Assembly (NCBI GenBank): GCA_951406725.2
Contig: OX597814.1
Location: forward strand, 100,564,001-100,628,000
Reading direction: 5' to 3'
Length of the DNA stretch: 64,000 bases
Source of the DNA: Octopus vulgaris
Lineage: Eukaryota
Position numbers and translations under genes: made by a program. The notes below the pieces were generated by a model that had not been told where the DNA came from, ran no database searches, and saw nothing but the letters and a program-made list of their open reading frames with translations. Shown here piece by piece: positions 40,299 to 53,900 of the stretch; positions within the stretch are counted from its first letter, which is position 1, and each line of letters begins with the position of its first letter.

Positions 40299-40971
40299 AT
40301 AAATATATATATATGTATGTATGTATGATGGTGGGGAGACAAACACAGACACAAAGAATCACACACACACACACACAGACACACACATATATATATATAT
40401 ATATGACGTGCTTCCTTCAGTTTCCGTCTACCGATTCCACTACACGTATATATATATACATATACATGTATATATGTATATTTTTCCTCTGTCCTCCCGT
40501 CTCGGGATCTTTCTTTCTCCTATGTTTCCGACGAAGAGCTCCGCTCGAAACGTCATACCCTCCTTCTTCCATTTTCCTGAGCGCCTAATAATAATAATAT
40601 TGTAATTGTTCCACGTGTTGTTGTTTTTTCTGTTTTCCCGTTTGGATTAACCTTATACTCCTGCGCGCCTACACGGACCCCTTGTACCTTGGATACCAAT
40701 TCCCGGATTTTTGCACCTACGGATTACTTTTACCATTCTTCCGGACCCACGGATTACCTGCTACCTTTCTTCCGGAGTACTGCCACTATCGTGATTGAAA
40801 ATCATTATTTAATCTGTCCGTTGACTCTCAACTTTTTCCTAACTTTTTTCAACTTTTTTCAATCGTTTTCAAACTGTCTTCACCTTTTTCTTCTTTTTTT
40901 ATCTTCCTTTTGTCTCTCCTTTTTCTGTATCGCCACCACCCACATTTACCTGTTTGCCACCAACTCTCATC

Positions 40972-43223
40972 ATGCCTGACTTGCACTCGTTCGTCCAACA
41001 CCTTCACTCCCTCCTTAGCCGCTATCTCGCGTTCTACCCCCCACAATGTTCCGCACCTGCTAAAAAACTTTCCCGCTTGCTTTTTAAGAAAACTCGCCAT
41101 TCCAGCCATCTCTCCTTCCTCAGCCGTTGCCTCCGCCATCATGTCACACCCCGCGGTTTCCTCCTGAAGTTCCACGCTACCCCCTATTCCTCCCCCCTTC
41201 ATCGAACCCACCCTCGCTCGTACCTCCCGCTCCCTCCTCCGCGCCACCATCCGCTCCACCCGCCCCCTCCTTGACTCCCTCGACCATCAACTTCCCCAGG
41301 CCTACCTTCTTCTCTCCGCCCTCTGCCCTCCACTCTTCACCCAACCTATCCTCCGCTTCATTCTTAATCTCAACCACCAACTCCACAACTTCCTCACACA
41401 CACAAAAACAAAAAAACTCCACCACCTCCTCAACCCCTCACCCCCTTCCCCATCCCCCCACTGCTCCCCAACCCCCTCCTTCGCACCTACCCCCCTCCCC
41501 CTTCCACGGACCCACACCGTGATCTTCCTACGCGTAACCCATCTTCACCCAACCACCCCTACCCTCCCCTTCACACCCCTGCACCCTCTCTGCCTGACCC
41601 TAGTCCTCCCACCACCCCGCTTCCTCGCGCTGTTGTCACTATACCCCCAACCTCCCCCTCTCCGCCGCCGAGCGCTCTCTCCTCAGTAAGGGTCTCCGCT
41701 TCACGCCACTCACGCGCCACTGTGATGAGTTCGAGACTCGGGCTGACGTCAACCTGTTCCTGCGCCGCCTCAAACTTTGCGCATTCTACCACGCGTCCCC
41801 GCAGCGTCACAACAATCAGGATTGCCTTTTGGAGCTGGGGCGTCGTCCATCCAACTGGACGCCGCCCCCAGGCCTATTCAGTAGCCTAGATTCGTTTGTA
41901 CATGACTGCAACGCGTTGGTCCACCGGTTCAACTTTGAACCAAGACCCCGCCGAGCCAACCTCACTTGGGCCCAATCCATTGCCCTTCGCCACCTCCGCC
42001 GCCGTAATGACATCGTCATCAAACCGGCGGACAAAGGCAGGGCAGTGGTAGTGTGGCGAGCGGACCTATACAGGGAGGAAGCGCTCAGCCAGCTTCAAAA
42101 TCCCCTCTTCTATCGCCTCCTCCCCTCCGATCCCACCTCCTCCTACCAACAGCGAGTGTCCTCCACCATCCGCGACCTCATCTCCTCCTCTGCTCTCCCC
42201 CCACCGCCACCAACCTCATCGTCCGCACACCCCGCACCTCCACCATCTACTTCCTTCCCAAGATCCATAAACCCTCTAATCCTGGCCGTCCCATAGTCTC
42301 TGCCTGTAATTGCCCCACTGAATACATTTCCCTATACCTCGACCGCATCCTGTCCCCCTTAGTCGCAGCCCTCCCATCCCACATACACGACACCAACCAC
42401 GCCCTCCGTCTCTTCAATTCCTTTTCCTTCCCTTCCAGCCCCTCACACCTCCTCTTCACATTAGATGTAAAATCCCTGTACACAGTGATTCCCCACAATG
42501 ACGGTCTCCTAGCCCTCCAACACTTCCTCGACCGTCGTCCCGACCCCACACCTAGCACCCCCACCCTTCTCCGCTTGGCTGAGCTCGTCCTCACCCTCAA
42601 CTGCTTCACGTTCGCCGGGGAAACGTACCAAAAGATGTCCGGGGTCGCGATGGGAACTAGGATGGGCCCCAATTTCGCCAATCTCTTTCTTGGCTACATT
42701 GAGGCCCAAGTGTTCTCCCAGTTCTCTGGGCCGACCCCCGAACTATACGGTCGCTATATAGACGACTGCATAGCTGCCACCTCCCTTTCCCGTGAACTTC
42801 TCTGCCAATTCATCTCTTTCCTTTCCAACTTTCACCCCTCTCTTCAATTCACCTCCACCATCTCCAACACCTCTGTCAACTTCCTTGACATCTCTCTCCG
42901 AATCGACCACCTCTCCAACTCTCTCACCACCACCGCCTTCTTTAAACCTACGGACTCCCACCTCTATCTCAACTTCTCCTCCTCCCACTCCTTCCACACC
43001 AAACGAGCCATCCCCTACTCCCAGTTTGTGCAGCCGCGACATGGATTTCGAGACCCAATCTCAATACCTGGCCCGCCTGTTCAGACTCCGAGGGTACCCA
43101 CCTATACTCATCTCTAATGCCCTCACCCGCGCCCGTCGCATCGACCGCACCACCGCCCTGTCTCCTGTCTCCCACACGGACTTAACACAGCCCCCTCCTC
43201 CTAAGGTTTTTTTTCCCGGATAA
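40972..43223 (+). pseudogene. PLE reverse transcriptase ORF with several frameshifts, ending after the thumb
   Basis: HLSFLSRCLRHHVTPRGFLLKF; LLSKGLRFTP; IVIKPADKG; FLPKIHK..PGRPIVS; LDVKSLYT; GVAMGTRMGPNFANL; RYIDD; FLDI; KPTD..YLNFSSSH..KRAIPYSQF; RGYP. Frameshifts lie mostly in C-rich runs, so some may be assembly errors. Confidence 0.9.
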
Positions 43224-46064
43224 ACACCCCCACACATACACACCTACCTACATCCCACACGCCTGTTCACACACACACATACGGATACACTTCTACATAC
43301 ACACATTCACACATTTAATCACACATACTTATAGACATACATGCAAACACTAACATACAAACCAACATGCACATACATACACACATACATACATACACGC
43401 ACACATACATACTTACACACACACACACAGACATACATACATACATACATACATACACACATACATACGCACATACACACACACACACACACACACATCG
43501 CACATACATACTTCACACACCTATACTTACATACACACACACACATGCACACATACATGTACGCACACACATACATACACACATACCCACACATGCACAC
43601 CTTTACACGAATGGACACACACATACACCTATTTGCACCCAGGCAGCCCCCCTCTTTTCTGCTTTCTGGTTTTGGTTGATGGATCCTCGGTTCCCGTGGA
43701 GCGGGTTGTTCGGGGACCCCGCGCGCGCACGCCTTGGCGCGTGCTGGGGGTTGGTCGGCCCCATGGGCTTGCGTTGTATTGTTTGTGTGTTGTGTGTGTG
43801 AGCGTGCTTCGTGTGTGTGGGCGTGCTTCGGGTGTGTGCGTGCGTATGTATACATACATACCCACACACACGCATGCATCCCTACCCACATACATACACG
43901 CACACCTACTCACACACACACTTACACACACACATACACACACACACACATACCCGCGCACACACACACATACATACATACACACACATACCTACTTCAG
44001 ACATACACACACACAGACATACACCCATACACTCACACTCACACGCATACACACACACACATACACACGCACACGCACACATACACACACACACCTACAT
44101 ACATACATTACACTTGTACACACACACACTTACATTCATACACACACACACCTACACAGCCATACCTTCACTCATACATACACACATACCTACACACACA
44201 CAAACACTCACAGACACACACCCATACATACATACACCTATACACACACGCCTACACACATACATACACACATACATAAACACACACGCATACACATACA
44301 CATACATACGCACACACACACATATACTTACACACATACACACACACACAAATACATACATACATACATACACCCACACACATACACACACACATACTTA
44401 CATACTCCTATACGCACATACATACACACAGACATACACACATACACACTCACACATACATACACACACACATACTTACACACACACTCGCCTGCACGCG
44501 CACACACATGCATGACAAACACCCATACACTCACACTCACATACACACACACCAACATATACACGCACACGCACACATACACGCACACACACACCTACAC
44601 TCCCACACACATACATACGCACCTACATACACTCACACGCATACACACGGACACACACGCATACATACACACACATGCATACACACACACACGGACACAC
44701 CCATACATACTTGCATACATACACCTATACACACACGCCTACACACCTACACACACATGCATACACACACACACATGTACGCACATACACACACATATAC
44801 GCACATACATATATGCCTACACACATGCACACACACACACACACATACGCACATGCATACGCATACATGCATACATGCATACACACACACACACACGTAC
44901 ACATACACACACACACACACATACATACACCCATACACATACATGCATCTACACACACAGACATACACACTCACACATACATACACACACACACACTCAC
45001 TCACACACCTGCATGTACGCGCACACACATGCACATACACACACTTCCACACACACACACGTACATACATACACACTCATACACATACACACACACACAC
45101 ACGGACATACATCTATATACACACATATACACACACATACTTACATACATTCATCGGACACACTGACACCCAGACTTACACACAGACACACTCACACATC
45201 CACACACATACATACTTACACACACACTCGCAGGCGCGCGCACATACACGCTTGTGCACGTTCGCGCACGCATACACGCATGCATGCACCACGTTCTTGG
45301 TTGACCGACTAGATCTCCTGTACGTATCTTGGGGCCGGCGCGTGTCTTTGGGTTCTCCCACGCCTGTCGCCGCGGGACCACTCTTCCATCTCCCCCCCCC
45401 TCCGCTGCCGTTTTTTTCCTTAACTCCCCCTCTTAGTATACACACGCACACACATACACACACCCACTCACACACACACATTTGCATATATATATACATT
45501 ACACTTACACACACTTCAAATTTACTTGCCATACACACAACTACGCACACTGGACACACTACCATTCAACACACACACTGGCACGTTACATACGCCCCCA
45601 CCCTTTCCCTCCTTCCCTTCTTCCCTCCTTCCTCCCTTTTTTTACCACTGACCACTCACTCGAGACTTGCTATGTCATCCGTTCGCCCTGCACGCACTAA
45701 CATATACATATTTTTTGTTTTTTATCTCGCCTCACACACACATACACACACGCACACGCACACACTCACACATACATACACACGCACGCACACATACCTC
45801 CCTGTTTCTGATCTGCCTTTCTAACTTGCTAGGGTACCCCCACACACTCCTTTAATTCTACTACTGCCAGCTACTAGCCACTGTCCACCATACACACACA
45901 TACACACACACTCACACATTCACACACACACCCTCGTTTTCTCGCACACCTTTTTTACCATTCCCTCTTTGATTCAGCTCTCCTGTTTTTAAAAACATTT
46001 TCCTCCTTTTTTACCACTTCCGTCTTTTCAGTATGTGACCTCGTGAAGACTACCTGTAAATTTT
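43224..46064 (+). repeat. Degenerate CA/CATA-rich cryptic simple sequence inside the PLE, with GC-rich islands (~43633-43860 and ~45290-45420)
   Basis: Directly visible between the ORF stop and the 3' pLTR. Confidence 0.9.
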
Positions 46065-46466
46065 TTTTTCCTCTGTCCTCCCGTCTCGGGATCTTTCTTT
46101 CTCCTATGTTTCCGACGAAGAGCTCCGCTCGAAACGTCATACCCTCCTTCTTCCATTTTCCTGAGCGCCTAATAATAATAATACTGTAATTGTTCCACGT
46201 GTTGTTGTTTTTTCTGTTTTCCCGTTTGGATTAACCTTATATATATATATATGAAATATTCAAAGAAATTCCAACTCTTTTTTTTTATGTTTTATTTATA
46301 TTCTTTATAATATTAATGTAGAATATAGTATAAAAAGTATATATGGTAATAATATAATGAAATGAAGTATTGATTGTCTTATTGAATAGATGAAATATTG
46401 AATATCAAATATTAAGGGAATAGTATACTTTCTTGCATTAAAGCAGTCTTCAAGGTCCCAAGTTGT

Positions 46467-46507
<41 letters not shown>

Positions 46508-47840
46508 GTGAGAGAAAGAGAGAGAGAGAGAGAGAGGGGGGGGAGAGACTAAGATTCTATATGTGTTTTAATTTCCCTTTAATACGTCCCATTATATCTG
46601 ACTCAATAATCCAAACTGTAAATATTTGTGGTTGTTTAACTCTAAGGTAACCTTCATTCAGTAAATCTATGATCAATTGTAGTCCATTGACGGCCATTCT
46701 CTCCTTTACTTAGATATCATATATTTAAGACTATATTATCGAATGTGACTCTGCGTTTTTGATTTCTAAAAGAAAGATGTATTCGCAATTTGCGAGAGAT
46801 TTAGCTGCTATTTCTAGCAGACCAGTGACCAGGTAGACGCGATTTGTAAAATATTTGATGAATGATGGTTTGTCGAGTTGATTGCGAATAACGAATCTTT
46901 GTCAGCGGGTGGGAAACGCCTAAGTTGTTGATATGTGGAGTTACAGTGTAAAGTGAGAATTGATGGAGCTAGCTACCACTATGGTTCTCATCATACTGAA
47001 ACAAATATTCTGGTAACCCAGCTCTGGATTTTACTAGCAAACCACATGAGGTTCATGCATGACTTGATCCGCTGGGGGTAATTACAGCTTATTGCTTTAA
47101 ATAGTGAGAACGCTATGTAATTGACGACCGTTTTCTATAATCTTTCACGGTTTAGTTAAAATTCCACTAGGAGTATGTTTAGTAGAGAATGCCTATAGTG
47201 GATTTTATCTCACGATTCTTGATCCGAAGCCACCAAAATTTAATCCTTATTTATACATCTGCTTCTAGGAAGTGCGTATAATAAACATGCATGCACATTT
47301 ATGAAGCTATTATTTGTTATTTATTGGTTTGGGTTGATTTAATCTGTTAAGCACACGACCTTCGGAAAGCGTAGTGACGTGGTTATCGTTCCTTTTGAAC
47401 ATTTGCAAGTTGGCGCCTGCATGTGACAAGAAACAGAGTATCAAAGAAACGATGTTCTAAGAAGAATTAACTGGCTGTTGTAACGAATGCATGGCGCTGA
47501 ATTGTATACAGGTCACGGGAGGAGGCGAGACGCGTGGATCGGCGGTATTTGAACAGAGGTGGTAAGAAATCAGTCAGCGTAAATATGCTTGTTTCTAATG
47601 TAGTATCCATAGGAAACCAGAAAATTAAGATACATCACGTCAGTGGCTCAGAGATCGGAATGTATTGGTGTGTGACTTCGTGCCTAATCAATCGTGTGGC
47701 CCATTATCTGGATGTCAACCTAGAACTCAGTATATGTAGCAGTAACTCCATCACAAATGCATTCTATATTATAGAATGTAGTATAATTTAATGCTATTTA
47801 CTCACAATTTTTCGTCACTTATGATATTTCTATATTTAGG

Positions 47841-48065
47841 TTACTCTCTTTACTCTTTTACTTGTTTCAGTCATTTGACTGCGGCCATGCTGGAGCGCCG
47901 CCTTTAATCGAGCAACTCGACCCCGGGACTTATTTTTTTGTAAGCCCAGTACTTATTCTATCGGTCTCTTTTGCCGAACCGCTAAGTAACGGGGACATAA
48001 ACACACCAGCATCGGTTGTCAAGCAAAGCTAGGGGGACAAACACACACACACAAACACACACACA

Positions 48066-48125
<60 letters not shown>

Positions 48126-48243
48126 TACGACGGGCTTCTTTCATATTCCGTCTACCAAATCCACTCACAATGCTTTGGTTGACCCGAGGCTATAGTAGAA
48201 AACACTTGCCCAAGGTGCCACGCAGTGGGACTGAACTCGGAAC
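47841..48243 (-). mobile_element. SINE family B
   Basis: Colinear with 28717-29200. Confidence 0.85.
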
Positions 48244-48622
48244 TTATAGTAGAAAGCATTATTCTTGAGGCGACGAGCTGGTAGAACCGTTAGCACGTCG
48301 AGCAGAATGCTTAGTATTTCGTCCGCCTTTACATTCTGATTTCAAATTCCGCCGAGATCGACATTGTCGTTCTCCCTAAGTAATAGTCAAGCTCTAGGGT
48401 CTATGTAATTGATTAACAATTTAGAAGTACTGGCACTGTAAAAAAATTTGAAACTGCTATTAAAGGTGGCGTAGCAGGAGAATCATTAGTATGTCGAATA
48501 AAATGCTTAGCCGCACTTCTTACGTTTAGAGTTCAAATCACGCCAAGATCGACAAGAAAGAGCTGAGCACTGGGGGCCAATGTAATCGACTAGTCCCCAA
48601 AATTTCACGCTTTTTGCCTATT

Positions 48623-48933
48623 GTTTTTTTTTTTGTTTTTTTCCTTTTCGAACCACGCCTGGCTCATAAGGGCCGGTTTCCCAGTTTCCTTGATGTATAG
48701 GTTCCCCACCTGGACGGGACGCTGTTCCGTCGCAGGTGAGCTACAAGATGCAGGAGAAAAGAGTGAGAGAAAGTAGTGGCGAAAGAGTCAGCAGAAGTTC
48801 GCCATTACCTACTGCCGGAGCCGCGTGGAGCTTAGGTGTTTCGCTCATAAACACATCGCCCGGTCTGAGATTCGAACCCGCGATCCCTCGACCGCGAATC
48901 CGCTGTTCTAACTACTAGGCCGTGTGCCTCCAC
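48623..48933 (-). mobile_element. tRNA-derived SINE, family C, with an A-rich tail and 9-bp TSD
   Basis: Head ggcctagtagttagaacagcggattcgcggtcgagggatcgcgggttcgaatctc; TSD ttgcctatt at 48614-48622 and 48934-48942; inserted in a family-A tail. Confidence 0.85.
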
Positions 48934-49389
48934 TTGCCTATTATAGAAAGGATTATTATTGTTGCAGTTACCCTTTATTTAGTAGGTACGTCGTATCGGC
49001 TCCCGAAGTTTTCCTAAATTTTGTTGAAAATACTTTGTTTAATGTTGTAATTGTTTGTTAAGATTTTAATAGGGAACCAACTTTACTGGGTGAAGTGTCC
49101 TAAAAGGGCATCGTGGCTACACCACACCTAATAATGAAAAGGGAGTGGATATATATGAGCATGCGACTGCATGCTTTACAAGAGGAAATTTGCACGAGAA
49201 AAAAAGCAACGACATCTGCTAAAGCGTTAACGCAGGCAGTGTGGTAAGAAGTTTTCTACTGTAGCCTCGTGTGTTAATATGGTAAAAGCCCGTCGTATAT
49301 ATATGGAGTTATTCAAATCTTTCTACTTCTGTTATACGTTTCGAAGAAAACATTGGTATTATTCCAGAAGGAATAATACCAATAAACGC

Positions 49390-49451
<62 letters not shown>

Positions 49452-49456
<5 letters not shown>

Positions 49457-49711
49457 TAAATGAAATAAAACATATGCATATATATAAACATATATGTACG
49501 TACCTACCTCTACATGTACATATACACGCATATATGAGTACAGGACACCAAAGGGACGTCGAACACAAAGAGAAACGAAAACATAGACACAAACCAAAGG
49601 AACTGGACATTTTTTTTAAAAACAACAAAAAAATGGAGTACAGGACAATTAACACAAAGAAAAAACCCCTTCTTCAGTCGCTATGGTTTCATCTACTCTA
49701 CGTTTCGAAGG
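49452..49711 (-). mobile_element. Family E short copy in (TA)n
   Basis: Reverse complement is colinear with 10377-10642. Confidence 0.75.
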
Positions 49712-49730
49712 ATATATATATATATATATA

Positions 49731-49832
49731 GGTCTTGAATACCGGAGGTAGAGTAATATACTTCCGACGAACTGGAACGGGAAACTATAGGTAACAGTTT
49801 TTGTGATTTTTTGCAGCTTTATTAATAAAGTA
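49731..49832 (+). mobile_element. Short HHR-bearing element (family F) in (TA)n
   Basis: CCGACGA-actggaacgg-GAAA-ctatagg-TA-acagtt...ttgcagcttt..aataaag; second copy at 62410-62500. Confidence 0.6.
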
Positions 49833-49844
49833 TGTATATATATA

Positions 49845-50395
49845 TATGACCCCGAAAGGATAAAAGGCATAGTCGACCTCAGCGGAATTTGAACTCAGAA
49901 CGTAACGGCAGACGAAATATCTCTAAGCATTTCACCCTGCATGCTAACGGTTCTGCTAGTTCGCCGCCCTCGCTTCTCAAATATTGGCAGAAGGCCAGGA
50001 TGGGAGCTAAGTCGATAATATCGACCCCTGTACTCAACTGGTACTATTTTATTAACTCCGGAAAGATGTAAAGCAAGGGGGATTAAGTTGATTACAATAA
50101 GTAGTACTTATTTAATCGACCCCGAAAGGTTAAAAGGCAAAGTCAACCACAGTGGAATTTTAACTCAGAACGTAGCGGCAGACGAAATACCGCTAAGCAT
50201 TTCGCCCGACGTGCTAACGGTTCTGCTAGCTCACCGCTCTCGCTTCTCAAGTATTCTCAAGTATTTTATTAACTCCGAAACGATGTAAAGCATTGTCGAC
50301 CTCAGCGTAATAAGAAATCAGAACGTAAAGATGGACGAAATGGGGGTTGCCCCTTTTTCCTAGCGTGCTAACGATTCTGTCGACTCACCACGCTC
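49845..50395 (-). mobile_element. Three tandem or nested family-A SINE copies
   Basis: Repeated gtcgacctcagcggaatttgaactcagaacgta...gctaacg.ttctg blocks. Confidence 0.8.
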
Positions 50396-50425
50396 ATTGC
50401 TTTTTAAATATTATTACCCTTAAAG

Positions 50426-50627
50426 CAGTGGTTCCCAACTTTTTCACAGTGGTTCCCAACAGTGGTTCTCAACCCCTTTTATTTAAATGAGTTTCCCACG
50501 GACCCCTTTTAATATGCTTATCCTTATGTGTATATTCATATATGAAATTTTGAATTTAGTTCACGGACCCCCAGTACTATCTTTGCAGACGACCAGGGGC
50601 CCGCGGACCCCAGGTTGGGAACCACTA
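50426..50627. mobile_element. hAT (Charlie-like) MITE
   Basis: TIR cagtggttcccaac / gttgggaaccacta; perfect 8-bp TSD ccttaaag. Confidence 0.9.
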
Positions 50628-50644
50628 CCTTAAAGGATGAATAC

Positions 50645-50935
50645 CCATTCGGTCCTGAATGACCATGGGATTGCACCTAGAAGTTCTCCGAAGTACAAAT
50701 CTGGACAAGGTTCTTTATGGAAGAACAGCAGTCACCTATGCATACCAGCCTCCCCTCTCCACGCCACCAATGTTATACAAGCGAAAGGTAGAGACCGATA
50801 CAGCTAGGCGCCAGTGATGTCGCAGTTCATTTCTAGAACAGAGTGGGCTGGAGGGACGTGAAATAAAGTATCTTGCTCAAAAACACAACACAGTCCGGTC
50901 CGAGAATTGAACTCACTACCATGCTCTTTAATTCA
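50645..50935 (-). mobile_element. Degenerate SINE, family D
   Basis: gagttcaattc B-box and ttgagcaagatactttatttcac central block. Confidence 0.55.
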
Positions 50936-53900
50936 TGTGAACAGAATGCCTTCCATATTACAGTGTTAAAAGTTTTTTAACTTAAATTCAACATTTCTAA
51001 GATGCAAAAAGATTTATTTTCGCGTGAGACGCGTTTGTTTTTTCCTGAATCGAAGTCTATATATGAGTTATTTAGTATAAGAATTTAGTATATTTATTAT
51101 AAGAATTTGGTATAAGAACTTACTATTTAACCAGATTAAACAAACAATCGATTAGTTAGTTGGATATTAACCAATTGACTAAAATGAGGTGGAATTGAAT
51201 GTCACTAATGCTTCTCCCTAGACACAGCAAAATTTATTTCATCACACGAATTCACATAAAGAATCTTGCAAACCAGATACAAAAACAAAGTTAAAGATTT
51301 CGGAAAAAGAGATCAGAGAGCATTTACAAATATGGTCTGTTATTCTTTTATTCTTTTACTTGTTTCAATCATTTGACAGCGGCCATGCTGGAGCTCCGCC
51401 TTTTGTCGAATATTTAGTGAATATTACTTCTTGTTAAAATGTGTTCTAGATGAGATAAAGACACGCGTAGCAAAATCTTTAGAAATTTCTAAATAATTAG
51501 ATAATTAACGATTCTAGAGACTGAAGTAATATGGGATTTGAAATTAAATTAGTTTTCTTTTCATTTTAATGTTATGTTGTTGTTTAGCTTTAAGTAAGCC
51601 TGTTATCAAAAATGTTCCAGCCATGACCACCTCATTTTTCCGACATCATAGATACATCACTCAATCAGTTGAAAACGGTAAAGTTGATTTCAGGGAAATT
51701 TAGCTGGTATTTCTAGCAAGCTAAATGATCATACAGGCTCTTGTACATGTTATTCAGTCTACACGGCAAAATAACTATCATCATCCAACTTCGAAGAATC
51801 GTAAATGAAGACGAGGATGGCTAATTTCGGTTCCCCCTCTAGTCAATATACTCTAGTAACCCAGAATTTCAAGTACAAGTCAATGCGGAAAATGAGAAAT
51901 GGATAACTTGAGATATCCATTCTCTTCACTCAAAACTTAACAGTCTCCCCCACACACACACAAACTACCATTAACTGTCCTAGAACTGTGGTGCTATTTT
52001 TTCATGTTCTCGATAAATAATACTATTTTGACCCTGAATCCTAGAACAGATCCCTAGTTTATCATTGCTTTTATTTTTTATTTTTATACTCGCAAAATAA
52101 ATGAGGTTTGACCACTAAAGTAAACTTTGGACACTAAAGTAAAATAAAGAAATGTTTCGACGTTACACCTGACTGAATTTATGACTGACCAGAGCATGTG
52201 CTGTGTTCAGCCATGCCTATCGGAACATCATCTCAACACACCATTTCAACACGTTGTAAAAAAAAAAGTAAAAAAGGATAACGATAAAGAAAAAAATACA
52301 AGGAATATTTGAAGACGAGACCCAAAACTTAAAATTTGCCGCAAATAGGGTAATTTTATGGGGTAGTTTCCAAGTAAAATATGTGATTAAGGAAAAACTG
52401 AATGGTGGGAAAATTGATACTCTTGTCACAATAGGGAACTGAAGTTAATGCTGGCATGTGAGACATGACAAATTGCTATTTCTTACAGCACCAGTGGTCA
52501 ACTCATACAACACCTCGACTATAAAGTTAAAATACACTAAAATGAAGAGGGGGCAGATATGTGATGATTTTCAAGGGAACAGTTAAAGAAGTCGTAAAGT
52601 TCACATACTGTGCTTCTGTCAAACTTTAACACACGCGCTCGCACACACACTCACACTCTCTCTCTCACAAACACACACACACACACACACATACACACAC
52701 ACGCACGCACAGGGTTACAGGAGTACAATAATTTGACTTCAGGAATTTTTTAACATTCGAAACCGTGTATCTATCTACCTTCTATATTTTAGGGCAGTAG
52801 CACGTACGCGCCGACGCAAACACATTCAAACACACACACACACACATACACATTCATATATACATATACATCCATATAAATATATATATATATATACATG
52901 AATAGTCTTGGGCCGACCAAAGCCTTGTGAATGGATTTGATGGGCGGCAACTGAAAGCAGCCCGTCGTATACACACACGCGAGTGTGTGTTTTGGTTTCA
53001 CTGTTTGTCTCCCACCACCGCTGGACAATCTGATTTGGTGTGTATATAATTTATGCTTCCAGCTATACATAAAAATAATTAACATTAAACAGAAGAATGA
53101 CTGTGACTTCAATGGTTCAGCTTACCAAAAGTTCGAAGTCACTATCAATTCATTCTTTTTTGTAAAACTTAACACATACACATACACACGAAAGCATGCG
53201 CGCAGACACACACACAAACGCAAACATACACACACACATGAACGAAAATATGAATGCAATCGCATGAAAATTTGTGAAAAGTTTACGGTATTTTTTCTCT
53301 TGAGTAATTAAATAAAATTTCAGCGTATTATAGAGCAACGCTGAAATTTTACCATACTGATCTTCGCAGTTTCTAAATACCTTTATGCCACCAGTCAAAT
53401 GGTGGAGAAGGTTGTTTTATGAAATAATCCAAAGAAATTTAGGATTTTCAACGAAGATTAGCTGGCACAGTCAAACAGAGCTTTGAGTTATACGTGTGAA
53501 CTGATCCCTATATCAACAGAATTCTACGAAATGGCTAAATAATCTTTATATAGATTTATTCCCAGCATGACGTTACCTTGGAAGCTAGGAACCCGAAATC
53601 GCTTCAGCCTGAAATTTCTATTAAATATCATCAACATTTTACCACCGGCGAAAAAAATCAATTAGTCATAACTAAGAAAAGACATTCAATCAAAGTTGTT
53701 TAATTCGGCTTGTGGCCATGGAGCCTTGTAGATTAACATCTAGGTTATACTTCGTCTCTTTGGGCATACCTAAATGTCACTTTAATTCGCACGTGCGTTA
53801 TTTAATATATGTGTGTGTTAGTGAGTGTGTATTCATATATATATGCATATATGTATATATGTATATGAATAAATATATCAATTAATATGTATATATATGT

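Larger units (their letters stand above)
40481..46241 (+). mobile_element. Penelope-like element (Neptune-type RT) with 177-bp direct pLTRs and no recognisable endonuclease
   Basis: pLTRs 40481-40657 and 46065-46241 differ at one base that I can see; each holds an HHR-like motif (~40524-40558 and ~46108-46142); TA-rich flanks. Confidence 0.9.

Noticed and set aside
43633-45312. 559-aa His/Thr-rich ORF and overlapping long ORFs
   Set aside because: Translation of a CA-rich repeat that lacks stop codons by composition; several frames are open and there is no domain.
46850-47700. Possible host exon or LINE endonuclease relic (also 2760-3480 and 13220-13500)
   Set aside because: Stops in all frames and no motif strong enough to call.
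48860-48933. Functional tRNA gene (likewise 29448-29521, ~10930-10990 and ~26485-26550)
   Set aside because: Acceptor and anticodon stems pair poorly; these are tRNA-derived SINE heads or relics.
49845-50395. CRISPR-like repeat-spacer pattern
   Set aside because: The repeats are tandem SINE copies of irregular length in eukaryotic DNA, with no cas genes.
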